DNA of 64,000 nt from SAR324 cluster bacterium. GTDB lineage: Bacteria; SAR324; XYD2-FULL-50-16; JAERRU01. The notes below the pieces were generated by a model that saw only the letters and a program-made list of their open reading frames with translations, was not told the origin of the DNA and did no database searches. The translations under genes and the position numbers were made by a program. Position 1 is the first letter of the stretch; the number at the start of each line of letters is the position of its first letter. Positions 40,848 to 49,685 of this stretch are shown here, one piece after another. The DNA is taken from positions 3,029 to 67,028 of the forward strand of contig JAERRU010000015.1 in NCBI GenBank assembly GCA_016735295.1, in the 5' to 3' direction.

Positions 40848-42449
40848 ATGCCGATTCTAAAAGACATTATAAAATCATTAGAAGATAACAATAAAGTTGG
40901 TGCTTCACTAGATTTAGAATATACCGAAAAATCCTTACTTAATCTTGAAATTACCAACATTACTTATGATCCGGATAAAGTAAATTCACATTCGGCTTAT
41001 TTGTGTTTGGAAAATGAGGAATTTCCTACTAATTTTGGGAAATACAATTCTTATCAACTAGCTAAAAAGGCTTACCAAAAGGGGGTTAGGTGTTTTATCA
41101 GCAGAAATGCTTTATCTTTTAGTCTAGATTGTGGTGGCGTTTTCACTATTATTTCCGATAATATCAACCGCTTAGGAGGATTTTTTGCTTCTATTGTATA
41201 CCATAATCCTTTTAAGGATATACAGGTAATAGGCGTCACCGGCACTAAGGGAAAAACTACCACTAGTTTTTTTATAAATTCTATATTATCTCAAGCAAAA
41301 AAGAGAACTGGTATAATTGGTACTGTAGGTATTTTTTATCCTTCTACTCATGAAAGCACGGGATTTTTATCTAATCCCCCCGCGACGGATATATTTGAGA
41401 TAGGAGTTAAGATGAGAAAAGAGCAAGTGGAGGTGTTGATTATGGAAATCACCAGCCATGGGGCTATTTTTGAAAGGAACTCGGCGTTAGAATTTGATAT
41501 GATATTGATGACAAACATGAAATCAGATCATCTTGATTTTCACCGCACTTTATTAGAATATCGCAATGCCAAAATGCTTTATTTTGAAAGATTGAGCAGT
41601 TACGATAATCCGTGCATTGCCATATTTAATAAAGATGACATTCACACCAAAGAATTTATTCAAACTTGCCACAAAGGCAAGGCAAACGGCTATGAGGTTT
41701 TGACTTATGGAATCACCGATAAACAAGCCGATCTTAATGCCCAAGTAATCAAAGAATCTGATCAGGGGAGCCTATTTGAATTATATTTTAAGGGTAAGCA
41801 TATCGATCAAATTAATTTGCGTTTGCCAGGATTATTTAATGTATATAATGGTTTAGCCGCTATTTTGGCATGTCAATTACTAGGAATAAAGCACAAACAT
41901 ATTAAGCATGTTTTAGAAAATAGCGTTAATGTGCCTGGTAGATTTGAGATAATAGAAACAAAACTAGGCTTTAAGGTGGTAATAGATTACGCTCATACTT
42001 ATGATTCTTTGCGAAATATAATTGAGAGTTTAAAAAAAATAACTCCTAAAAAGGTGATTGTGGTTTTTGGTTGTGGTGGTGATAGAGACAAAACAAAACG
42101 GCCTATGATGGGCGAGGTGGCTAGTAATTTAGCTGATATAGTAATCATCACATCTGATAATCCTCGTGATGAGAACCCTCTATCAATTATAAAAGACATA
42201 AATGCTGGGATAGATGATAATCATTTAGCCAAGGTGTTAGTTATTGCTGATCGCAAGGAAGCAATTTTAAAAGCACTCAAGATGGCGAGTAAAGGGGACA
42301 TGCTGTTAGTTGCGGGAAAGGGGCATGAGAGGTATCAATTAATTAAGGGAAAATTTAATGATTTTGATGATACTAAGATAGTTAATGAATTTTTAGTTGA
42401 TTTAAGTTGTGAGGGAGATACAATTTATGACCATGAAACTACTTCTTAA
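40848..42449 (+). CDS. murE: UDP-MurNAc-dipeptide--2,6-diaminopimelate ligase
   Basis: GVTGTKGKTTT, DHLDFH, DYAHT, GCGGDRD, DNPR and AGKGHE motifs. Confidence 0.93.
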   Translation: MPILKDIIKSLEDNNKVGASLDLEYTEKSLLNLEITNITYDPDKVNSHSAYLCLENEEFPTNFGKYNSYQLAKKAYQKGVRCFISRNALSFSLDCGGVFTIISDNINRLGGFFASIVYHNPFKDIQVIGVTGTKGKTTTSFFINSILSQAKKRTGIIGTVGIFYPSTHESTGFLSNPPATDIFEIGVKMRKEQVEVLIMEITSHGAIFERNSALEFDMILMTNMKSDHLDFHRTLLEYRNAKMLYFERLSSYDNPCIAIFNKDDIHTKEFIQTCHKGKANGYEVLTYGITDKQADLNAQVIKESDQGSLFELYFKGKHIDQINLRLPGLFNVYNGLAAILACQLLGIKHKHIKHVLENSVNVPGRFEIIETKLGFKVVIDYAHTYDSLRNIIESLKKITPKKVIVVFGCGGDRDKTKRPMMGEVASNLADIVIITSDNPRDENPLSIIKDINAGIDDNHLAKVLVIADRKEAILKALKMASKGDMLLVAGKGHERYQLIKGKFNDFDDTKIVNEFLVDLSCEGDTIYDHETTS

Positions 42450-43582
42450 TGATGGTATACACTGCACCTGCTCTTAAAAATCGGGCTACTCTTTTTATAT
42501 CAAGGCGGCAAGTTAATGATAATTTTAATATATTTTTGCTAGATAAGCCGGCAAATTTAAAATTTGCTGTGGTAGTAAAAAATAAAGGCGTTGGATTAGG
42601 GATAAACCTGTTAGCTGATATGGCTACCCAATATGGAGCTAGTTATTTGGTGTGTGCCTGTTTAGAAGAAGCCTTGTTAATAAAAAATAAATCCCTACCT
42701 ATTTTAATTTTAGGGGAAAGATCAACCAATGAATTAGCAGAAATCGCTCAACATGAAATGCATATTCAAGTGCAATCATTTAAAATGGCAAATAACTTTG
42801 CTCGTGTTTGTGCAAAATATAACAAGTTAGCTAAAGTTCATTTTAAAATTGATAGTGGCTTAGGTAGATACGGGGTTAGGTGGGATAAGGCTGCTTTGGA
42901 ATTTGATAAGATTAATCCTATTAAAAATTTGCAAATTATGGGTTTAATGACACATTTTGCAATGTCTGATGAAAAAGATAAATCTTACGCCAACCTACAA
43001 TGGCAAAGATTTAAGGAAGCGTTAGCCCATATAAAAAAGCCTAAAAATTCTCTAATGCACGCTTGTAACACAGGAGGCTATCTGGATTTACCCGCTTATC
43101 ACTGTGATATGTGCCGAATTGGGGTTTTGTTTAGTGGCAATTATCCATCAGCAAGTTGTCGACGAATAAAGGTAGGTGAAAATGAGTTAAGCTCAGCTTT
43201 CACCTTAAAAAGTAAATTATCTTTTATCAAAAAACTAAAAATAGGTGATTATTTGGGTTATGGCATGCACTACCAAGCAAGCAAAGATATGTTAATCGGG
43301 GTTATACCTTTAGGATATGGTGATGGGTTTCCTCGATTAAGAAATAAAGGCCATGCTTTAATTAATGGGCAAAGGGTGGCTATATTGGGGGGCGTGGCAA
43401 TGGATTGTATGATGATAGATTTAACTAACGCCCCTAAAGCCAATTTAGAAGATGAGGTGGTTTTGATGGGCCAACAGGGCAATCTATCTATAAATCCATA
43501 TGATATGGGAAGGCAAGCTAACACGGTGGTTTATGACATTCTAACCGGGTGGCAGACTAGGTTAAATATAGAGTATTTTTAA
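42449..43582 (+). CDS. alr: Alanine racemase family PLP enzyme
   Basis: HFKIDSGLGRYG, MTHFA, LGYG, GYGDGF and VAMD motifs; coupled to murE by a TAATG overlap. Confidence 0.85.
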   Translation: MMVYTAPALKNRATLFISRRQVNDNFNIFLLDKPANLKFAVVVKNKGVGLGINLLADMATQYGASYLVCACLEEALLIKNKSLPILILGERSTNELAEIAQHEMHIQVQSFKMANNFARVCAKYNKLAKVHFKIDSGLGRYGVRWDKAALEFDKINPIKNLQIMGLMTHFAMSDEKDKSYANLQWQRFKEALAHIKKPKNSLMHACNTGGYLDLPAYHCDMCRIGVLFSGNYPSASCRRIKVGENELSSAFTLKSKLSFIKKLKIGDYLGYGMHYQASKDMLIGVIPLGYGDGFPRLRNKGHALINGQRVAILGGVAMDCMMIDLTNAPKANLEDEVVLMGQQGNLSINPYDMGRQANTVVYDILTGWQTRLNIEYF

Positions 43583-43600
43583 TTGATATCATCACCGATA

Positions 43601-43625
43601 TAATAATAATAATAATAATAATAAT
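43601..43625. repeat. (TAA)n microsatellite upstream of purH
   Basis: About 8 TAA units followed by degenerate AATAAC units. Confidence 0.85.
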
Positions 43626-43658
43626 CACAATAACAATAGAATAACAATAATCATAACA

Positions 43659-45236
43659 GTGAAACAAGCATATAAAATAAAGCGTGCCTTGGTTAGTGTA
43701 ACAGATAAAACCAATTTAGCTGAATTTGCTAAAGGATTAAGTGAGCTAGGTTGCCAACTCATAGCTACTGACGGCACTAATGCCCATCTTAAAAAATATG
43801 ACATTAAAACTATTGATTTAGCCGATTTTAGTGATAGCCCAGCCTTATTTTCAGGACGCATAAAAAGTCTTACCTTTAAAGTACAAAGTGCCATACTTTA
43901 TGACCGCTTTAATCCCCAACATCAACAAGAAGCGAAAGAACATCAAATATCTACTATTGATTGCGTGATTTGCAATTTTTATGATTTTCAAAAGGCTCTT
44001 AATCAGCAAAAACAAGCTAATGCAGATGATAATTTAGCTTCCATTATTGAACACATAGATATAGGTGGTCCTAATATGGTTAGGGCTGCGGCGAAGAATT
44101 TTAAATCGGTTTTAGTTATTACTGATCCTGATGATTATCAAATAATACTAAAAGAGCTAACCGAAAATGAGGGAGCGATTAGCTATAATACTCGTTTATT
44201 GATGATGAAAAAGGCTTTTAGATTGATTTATCAATATGATCAATTAATCTTTGAGGGTTTAACTAGAAAAGAGATTAAATATGGAGAAAATTCCCATCAA
44301 CAGGCTTATTACGTGCCTTTTGCTGATGATTATTTGGAAAATTTGAGCCAAAATCAAATATCATATAATAATTATCTAGACGTAAATGCAGCCCTTGAAT
44401 TGCTATATGACATTGATTTATCGCTAGGCAAAGGTGGGCTAGGTAATGCAGATAAAATGATCATCAATCAATGTGCGGTGGTGATAAAGCATAATAACCC
44501 TTGTGGGTTAGCTAGTGCTAAAGATTTGGCTCAAGCCTTGAAATTAGCCTTGGATGGGGATAAAATGTCTGCTTTTGGCTCAGTGGTAGGAGTATCAGGA
44601 GTGGTTGATATGGAGATAGTAAACTCTTTAAAAGGCATTTTTATTGAGGTAATAGTAGCGTTTGATTATGAGAAAGAAGCTTTAACAATGTTAAAAAAAC
44701 TAAAACGAAAATTAAAAATAATTAAAGTTACTCCTCCATCAAAAAGCTCAAATAATCCTTGGCAAAGAAGATCTATTGAAAATGCTACCCTCCTACAATC
44801 AAAAGATGTAGGCACATATAAAGATTATCAGGCGGTCACTAAGAAAAAATTTACCAACGACTTATTAGGTTTAGCAAAATTTGCCATGCTCGCCGTTAAA
44901 TCCTTAAAATCAAACGCAGTAGCTATTGCCCGCTATCATCAAGGGGCTTATCAATTAATTTCTACTGGCTCTGGGCAAACTAATCGCTTAGATGCAGTTA
45001 GGCTTTTGGCTATTCCTCGGGCTTTGGATAACTTTAAACAACTTGATTGGGATAAATGTGTTTTGGCGAGTGACGCTTTTTTTCCTTTTGCCGATTCAAT
45101 TGAGAGCTTAGCTCAACATAAATTAAAGCATATAGTTCAACCAGGGGGGAGCATTAGGGATAAAGAGGTGATTAACGCTTGCGATGAGCATGATATAGCG
45201 ATGATTTTAACTAATCGTCGCCATTTTAAGCACTAG
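43659..45236 (+). CDS. purH: Bifunctional AICAR transformylase/IMP cyclohydrolase
   Basis: RALVSVTDK, IDIGGPNMVRAAAKN, KHNNPCG, ASDAFFPF, QPGGSIRD and RHFKH motifs. Confidence 0.96.
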   Translation: MKQAYKIKRALVSVTDKTNLAEFAKGLSELGCQLIATDGTNAHLKKYDIKTIDLADFSDSPALFSGRIKSLTFKVQSAILYDRFNPQHQQEAKEHQISTIDCVICNFYDFQKALNQQKQANADDNLASIIEHIDIGGPNMVRAAAKNFKSVLVITDPDDYQIILKELTENEGAISYNTRLLMMKKAFRLIYQYDQLIFEGLTRKEIKYGENSHQQAYYVPFADDYLENLSQNQISYNNYLDVNAALELLYDIDLSLGKGGLGNADKMIINQCAVVIKHNNPCGLASAKDLAQALKLALDGDKMSAFGSVVGVSGVVDMEIVNSLKGIFIEVIVAFDYEKEALTMLKKLKRKLKIIKVTPPSKSSNNPWQRRSIENATLLQSKDVGTYKDYQAVTKKKFTNDLLGLAKFAMLAVKSLKSNAVAIARYHQGAYQLISTGSGQTNRLDAVRLLAIPRALDNFKQLDWDKCVLASDAFFPFADSIESLAQHKLKHIVQPGGSIRDKEVINACDEHDIAMILTNRRHFKH

Positions 45237-45552
45237 TGGATACTTGATATTAACGTCAACCTTCACAATTTATATTTTATATGTTGGCTTAGTTATTTGG
45301 TTTTCACTTGCTTTGGTGGGCAAGATGTTTTATAGCTAAGTAGCTGTGTTTCTGCTCGCGCAAACCAAGCACCCTATTAGATTTATGGCGGGCGTGGCTA
45401 CTTGATATTAACGTCAACCTTCACAATTTATATTTTATATGTTGGCTTAGTTATTTGGTTTTCACTTGCTTTGGTGGGTAAGATGTTTCATGACTAGGCG
45501 GTTGTGTTGATATTCATATAAACCAGTTACTATATTAGTTTTATAGTAAATA
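45236..45552. repeat. Two tandem 158-bp copies immediately after the purH stop codon
   Basis: 45241-45320 is identical to 45399-45478; the remainder aligns without gaps but is diverged. Confidence 0.93.
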
Positions 45553-45736
45553 TTAATTTTATCTATCATAAAATTTATGAATTTGCTTCCCAAAATATAG
45601 TATATTTAGTAACTTAAGACTCAATGCGCCACTTTTATCTGTTAAATAATATGAACAAATATCATATAAGTATCGTTAATTTTTATTATCGCACTTTGTT
45701 TATAATAGAATATAACCTATATTTAAAGTTTACATT

Positions 45737-46024
45737 ATGATTAAATATGATATTGCGCTCGCGTTATCCCATAAATTTGATTTACCAACTAAACAGGCTG
45801 CCTATTTATCTGAGGCTATCTTAAAAAGTGTGAAAGACGCTTTAAAAACTGATGGAACTGTGATGATTACTGGGTTTGGTAAATTTGAAGTTAAGCAAAA
45901 AGCGGCTAGGATTGGTCGAAACCCGAAAACTAAACAAAAACATACCATCAAAGAACGTAAATCTATTAGTTTTTATCCTTCACCGATGTTTAAAAAGGAT
46001 ATCAATAAAAAAATAATTACTTAA
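45737..46024 (+). CDS. HU/IHF family nucleoid protein
   Basis: ITGFGKFEV...RIGRNPKT motif. Confidence 0.92.
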   Translation: MIKYDIALALSHKFDLPTKQAAYLSEAILKSVKDALKTDGTVMITGFGKFEVKQKAARIGRNPKTKQKHTIKERKSISFYPSPMFKKDINKKIIT

Positions 46025-46181
46025 TTTGCTAATTGAGCTTTTAATGGTAGTATTTTAGTGATAAATAAAAACTAATTAAGCCATAATTTTTTTATCTATA
46101 TGCTTGATTTTTTTTTTCGATATGAATTTGCATAATTAGATCTGATAAACAGGTCTATCGTGACGATTAGTTAAATATACT

Positions 46182-46958
46182 ATGGAGCTTATCCAATACT
46201 TTTACTCATTAATACCACCTAGAATTAGCTATAAGGATTATATTGATATAATCATCTTATCGATGATTTTTTACCGAGTAATTGTTTTAGTGCAGGGCAC
46301 TAGCTCGGTGCAAATTATGCTAGGTGGAATATTTTTAGTTACCATTTATTTTTTAGCCGACTATTTTCATTTAATCGCACTCTACTATACTTTAGATTTA
46401 TTCTTTAGCTCATTGGTGGTAATACTGGTGGTATTATTTAGTAATGATTTGAGGCGTGGTTTGGCTTCATTTAATTTTATTGGTTTTAAATGGAGAAATA
46501 TATCTTTAGCTGATCCATATTTTTTTGATCGACTTTACCAAGCTTGCGAATATTTCACTACCCACAAGATAGGTAGTTTGATTGTGTTAGAAAAAAAACA
46601 CTCTTTAAAGCATTATGCCCATTCAGGCACAATACTTAATGCTAGGATATCTTCTCCTTTACTAGTATCAATTTTCAATAAAGATTCACCCTTGCATGAT
46701 GGGGCTATTTTGATAAATCGTAAATTATCACTTTACGCAGCAGCTTGTATTTTACCGCTTACCGCGAGAATTAATTTAAATATAAAAATGGGCACTAGGC
46801 ACCGCTCAGCTATTGGAATTAGTGAAGAAACTGATTGCCTTGCGGTTGTAGTGAGCGAAGAGAATGGCTGTATATCCTTTTTTGAAAATGGAAAACAAGA
46901 ATTAATTGAGCTTTGTGATTTTAAAGAAAAGCTTAAAAAAAGATTACTCTCACCTTAA
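46182..46958 (+). CDS. dacA: Diadenylate cyclase CdaA/DacA
   Basis: Three N-terminal TMs; PLHDGA and GTRHRSA motifs; VVSEE. Confidence 0.93.
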   Translation: MELIQYFYSLIPPRISYKDYIDIIILSMIFYRVIVLVQGTSSVQIMLGGIFLVTIYFLADYFHLIALYYTLDLFFSSLVVILVVLFSNDLRRGLASFNFIGFKWRNISLADPYFFDRLYQACEYFTTHKIGSLIVLEKKHSLKHYAHSGTILNARISSPLLVSIFNKDSPLHDGAILINRKLSLYAAACILPLTARINLNIKMGTRHRSAIGISEETDCLAVVVSEENGCISFFENGKQELIELCDFKEKLKKRLLSP

Positions 46959-46989
46959 ATTATGATGAAGAGTTTTTAAATTTAGTTAT

Positions 46990-47652
46990 ATGAACAATAG
47001 ATTTTTGTCTAAACTAATAAATATCGTAAAATTTATATTAAGAAATAACTTAGCTCATAAATTGAGTGCGATTGCCTTAGCTTTAATGGTGTGGGCTATA
47101 TTTAGCCATCAAGAATCTAGGGGAGGATTTGTGATATTTCCCATACAAATAGTTTACGCTGATATACCTGAACATACTATTGTTACCTCTGAATTGCTAG
47201 ATAGCGTTAATGTTACGTTTAAATTACGGGGTGATTATAAGGTAGTGACTAAAGATGATTTTAAGCTGGTGGTGCCTATGGCTGATATGTCTATTGGTAA
47301 AAATAAATTTAAAATATCGGCTAATCATATCATAGGGCCGGAGTCTGAGGTGCTATATATTGAGCCCGAGCTGCTCCATATTAAACTTGAGCAGCTTATA
47401 ATGAAGATGATTACTATTGTCCCTAAACTAGATAGGCCTGATAATAGATTAAGGAGCAAGATACAAATTGTACCATCGCAAATTGTTATATCTGGTCCTA
47501 AAAATTTAATTACCAAAATAAATAAAATTTCTACTAGCACTATAGAAATTAATTCACTCAAAAAAGGAGTGGAACTCAAAGCTAGTTTGGATTTACCACG
47601 TTACGTTTCCGCTAATGGGCAAGAAAGCATTATTGTTCAATTATTAGAATAA
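46990..47652 (+). CDS. cdaR: CdaR/YbbR-like regulator of the diadenylate cyclase
   Basis: NNLAHKLSAIALALMVW N-terminal TM; P..I.ISGP YbbR-like segment; directly follows dacA. Confidence 0.75.
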   Translation: MNNRFLSKLINIVKFILRNNLAHKLSAIALALMVWAIFSHQESRGGFVIFPIQIVYADIPEHTIVTSELLDSVNVTFKLRGDYKVVTKDDFKLVVPMADMSIGKNKFKISANHIIGPESEVLYIEPELLHIKLEQLIMKMITIVPKLDRPDNRLRSKIQIVPSQIVISGPKNLITKINKISTSTIEINSLKKGVELKASLDLPRYVSANGQESIIVQLLE

Positions 47653-47771
47653 TTATTATTTTTTAAATTTTTACTCATATTTCAATATTTTGCTCATAAA
47701 ATATAAAATATGTGCTACTTTGACATTCGTTTTAATTATAACTTAATTATCCTATTTAAAAATTAACTACT

Positions 47772-49673
47772 ATGAAACAAAAAACTGGCCCTAAAAATTA
47801 TCAATTTCAAACTGAAATAGGCTCTTTATTAGATTTACTAGCGAACTCGCTATATTCAAATAAGGAAATTTTTTTAAGAGAATTAATATCAAATGCAGTA
47901 GATGCCTTGGCTAAGGTAAAATTTGATAGTTTGACTGATAATTCTTTGTTGGATAAAGACGAAGAGCTGAAAATCGACATCAAAGTAGATGAAAAAGAAA
48001 AAAGCTTTTCTATTACTGATAATGGCGTGGGCATGACAAAGCAAGAATTAGTAGATAATTTGGGGACTATTGCTAAATCTGGTACTATGGCGTTTTTAAA
48101 GAATTTGGGCGACCAAAAAGAAAAGAATTTAGATTTAATAGGTAAATTTGGGGTAGGGTTTTACTCAGTTTTTATGGTGGCTACAGAGGTTAGCGTAGAA
48201 ACTGCGTCTAGCCAGGATAAAAATGAATTTGCTCATCGGTGGGTATCTAATGGGGAAGGCGTTTTTACTATCGAAAAAATTGAACCTCGGGCTCGGGGAA
48301 CTAAAATATCATTTAAATTTAAAAAAAATACTCACGATCTAGCATCTAAGTGGCGCATAGAAGAGGTGATCAAGCAATATTCTAATTTTACCCCCTTTAA
48401 GATTGAAGTAAATGGGGAACAGATTAATCGACAAAATGCTTTGTGGACCAAAAATAAATCCCAAATTAAAGAAGATGAATATAACGAACTCTTCAAATAT
48501 TTATCTGGTACTGCTGAAAAACCTAGATTTACCTATCATTATAATTCTGACGCTCCTTTGCAGTTTAATGTGATTATGTTTATTCCTCAAAAGGGAAATA
48601 ATGCTCTTTTTCAAAATCAACGAGATAGCCAGTTACATCTTTATTGCAAGAAAGTATTTATTCAAGATGATTGTAAAGATATACTGCCCGCTTGGTTGCG
48701 GTTTGTTCATGGGGTAGTTGATTCTCATGATTTGCCCCTTAATGTTTCTCGGCAAACTTTGCAGAACAATCCTATATTGTCTAAAATTCAAAATTTTTTA
48801 ATAAAAAAGATATTAGGAGAATGGGAAACACTTAAACGGACAAATAAGGAGGCTTTTCAAGAATTTTGGCAAAATTTTGGTGTTTTTGTTAAAGAAGGAA
48901 TTTACAGTGATTTTGGCCGACGAGAAATGTTACTTAAATTATATCATTCTTACACATCTAAAAATAAAGATGAGATAGTATCCTTGCAAGAATATGTGGA
49001 TCGCATGGGCCCAGAGCAAAAGGAGATTTATTATATTCATGGTAAAAGCCGCTCACAAGTGGAGGTTTCGCCTAATTTGGAATATTTTAAGCAAAATAAA
49101 ATAGAAGTACTATACCTTTATGAAGAAGTTGATGAATTTGTGATTAGCAGCATTGGAACTTTTGCTGATAAGGCTATAGTGAGTGTGGATAAAGCGGAGA
49201 TACAAGAGCCTAAATCAGATAGTAAAAAGGTTGATGATAAAAAGGAAGATACTAGCACAGATAGCCCATCTGAATTACAATTTACTAAGCTTAAAGAAAA
49301 TTTTAAACATGTTTTGGGTGATAAAATATCTGATGTGCACTCTTCAAAAAGATTAGTAGATAGCCCTTGCACCCTGGTATCGCATAAAGACGCTCCTACT
49401 TTTGGTATGGAAAAGGCTCTTAAAATGATGAATAAAGATTTTAGTGAGGCTAAAAATATTTTAGAGGTGAATTTTAAGCATCCGATTATAAAAAACATGA
49501 TCAAGATACAAAAACGTTTACCCCAAGATGCTATTATAAAAGAGACCATTGAGCTTTTATTTGATAATTGTTTAATCATCAAGCGAAATTTAGAATTAGA
49601 CTCGTTAATTTTTTCTAAGATAAACAAGATGCTACATAAAACTACTAGTATTTATTTGAAATCATTAGATTAA
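47772..49673 (+). CDS. htpG: Molecular chaperone HtpG (Hsp90)
   Basis: YSNKEIFLRELISNA, DNGVGM, LGTIAKSGT, IGKFGVGFYS and LPLNVSR motifs. Confidence 0.97.
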   Translation: MKQKTGPKNYQFQTEIGSLLDLLANSLYSNKEIFLRELISNAVDALAKVKFDSLTDNSLLDKDEELKIDIKVDEKEKSFSITDNGVGMTKQELVDNLGTIAKSGTMAFLKNLGDQKEKNLDLIGKFGVGFYSVFMVATEVSVETASSQDKNEFAHRWVSNGEGVFTIEKIEPRARGTKISFKFKKNTHDLASKWRIEEVIKQYSNFTPFKIEVNGEQINRQNALWTKNKSQIKEDEYNELFKYLSGTAEKPRFTYHYNSDAPLQFNVIMFIPQKGNNALFQNQRDSQLHLYCKKVFIQDDCKDILPAWLRFVHGVVDSHDLPLNVSRQTLQNNPILSKIQNFLIKKILGEWETLKRTNKEAFQEFWQNFGVFVKEGIYSDFGRREMLLKLYHSYTSKNKDEIVSLQEYVDRMGPEQKEIYYIHGKSRSQVEVSPNLEYFKQNKIEVLYLYEEVDEFVISSIGTFADKAIVSVDKAEIQEPKSDSKKVDDKKEDTSTDSPSELQFTKLKENFKHVLGDKISDVHSSKRLVDSPCTLVSHKDAPTFGMEKALKMMNKDFSEAKNILEVNFKHPIIKNMIKIQKRLPQDAIIKETIELLFDNCLIIKRNLELDSLIFSKINKMLHKTTSIYLKSLD

Positions 49674-49685
49674 TTATCCTATTTA

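Noticed and set aside
45236..45552. Diversity-generating retroelement TR/VR pair
   Set aside because: Mismatches are not adenine-specific, neither copy lies in a CDS, and no reverse transcriptase is present in the window
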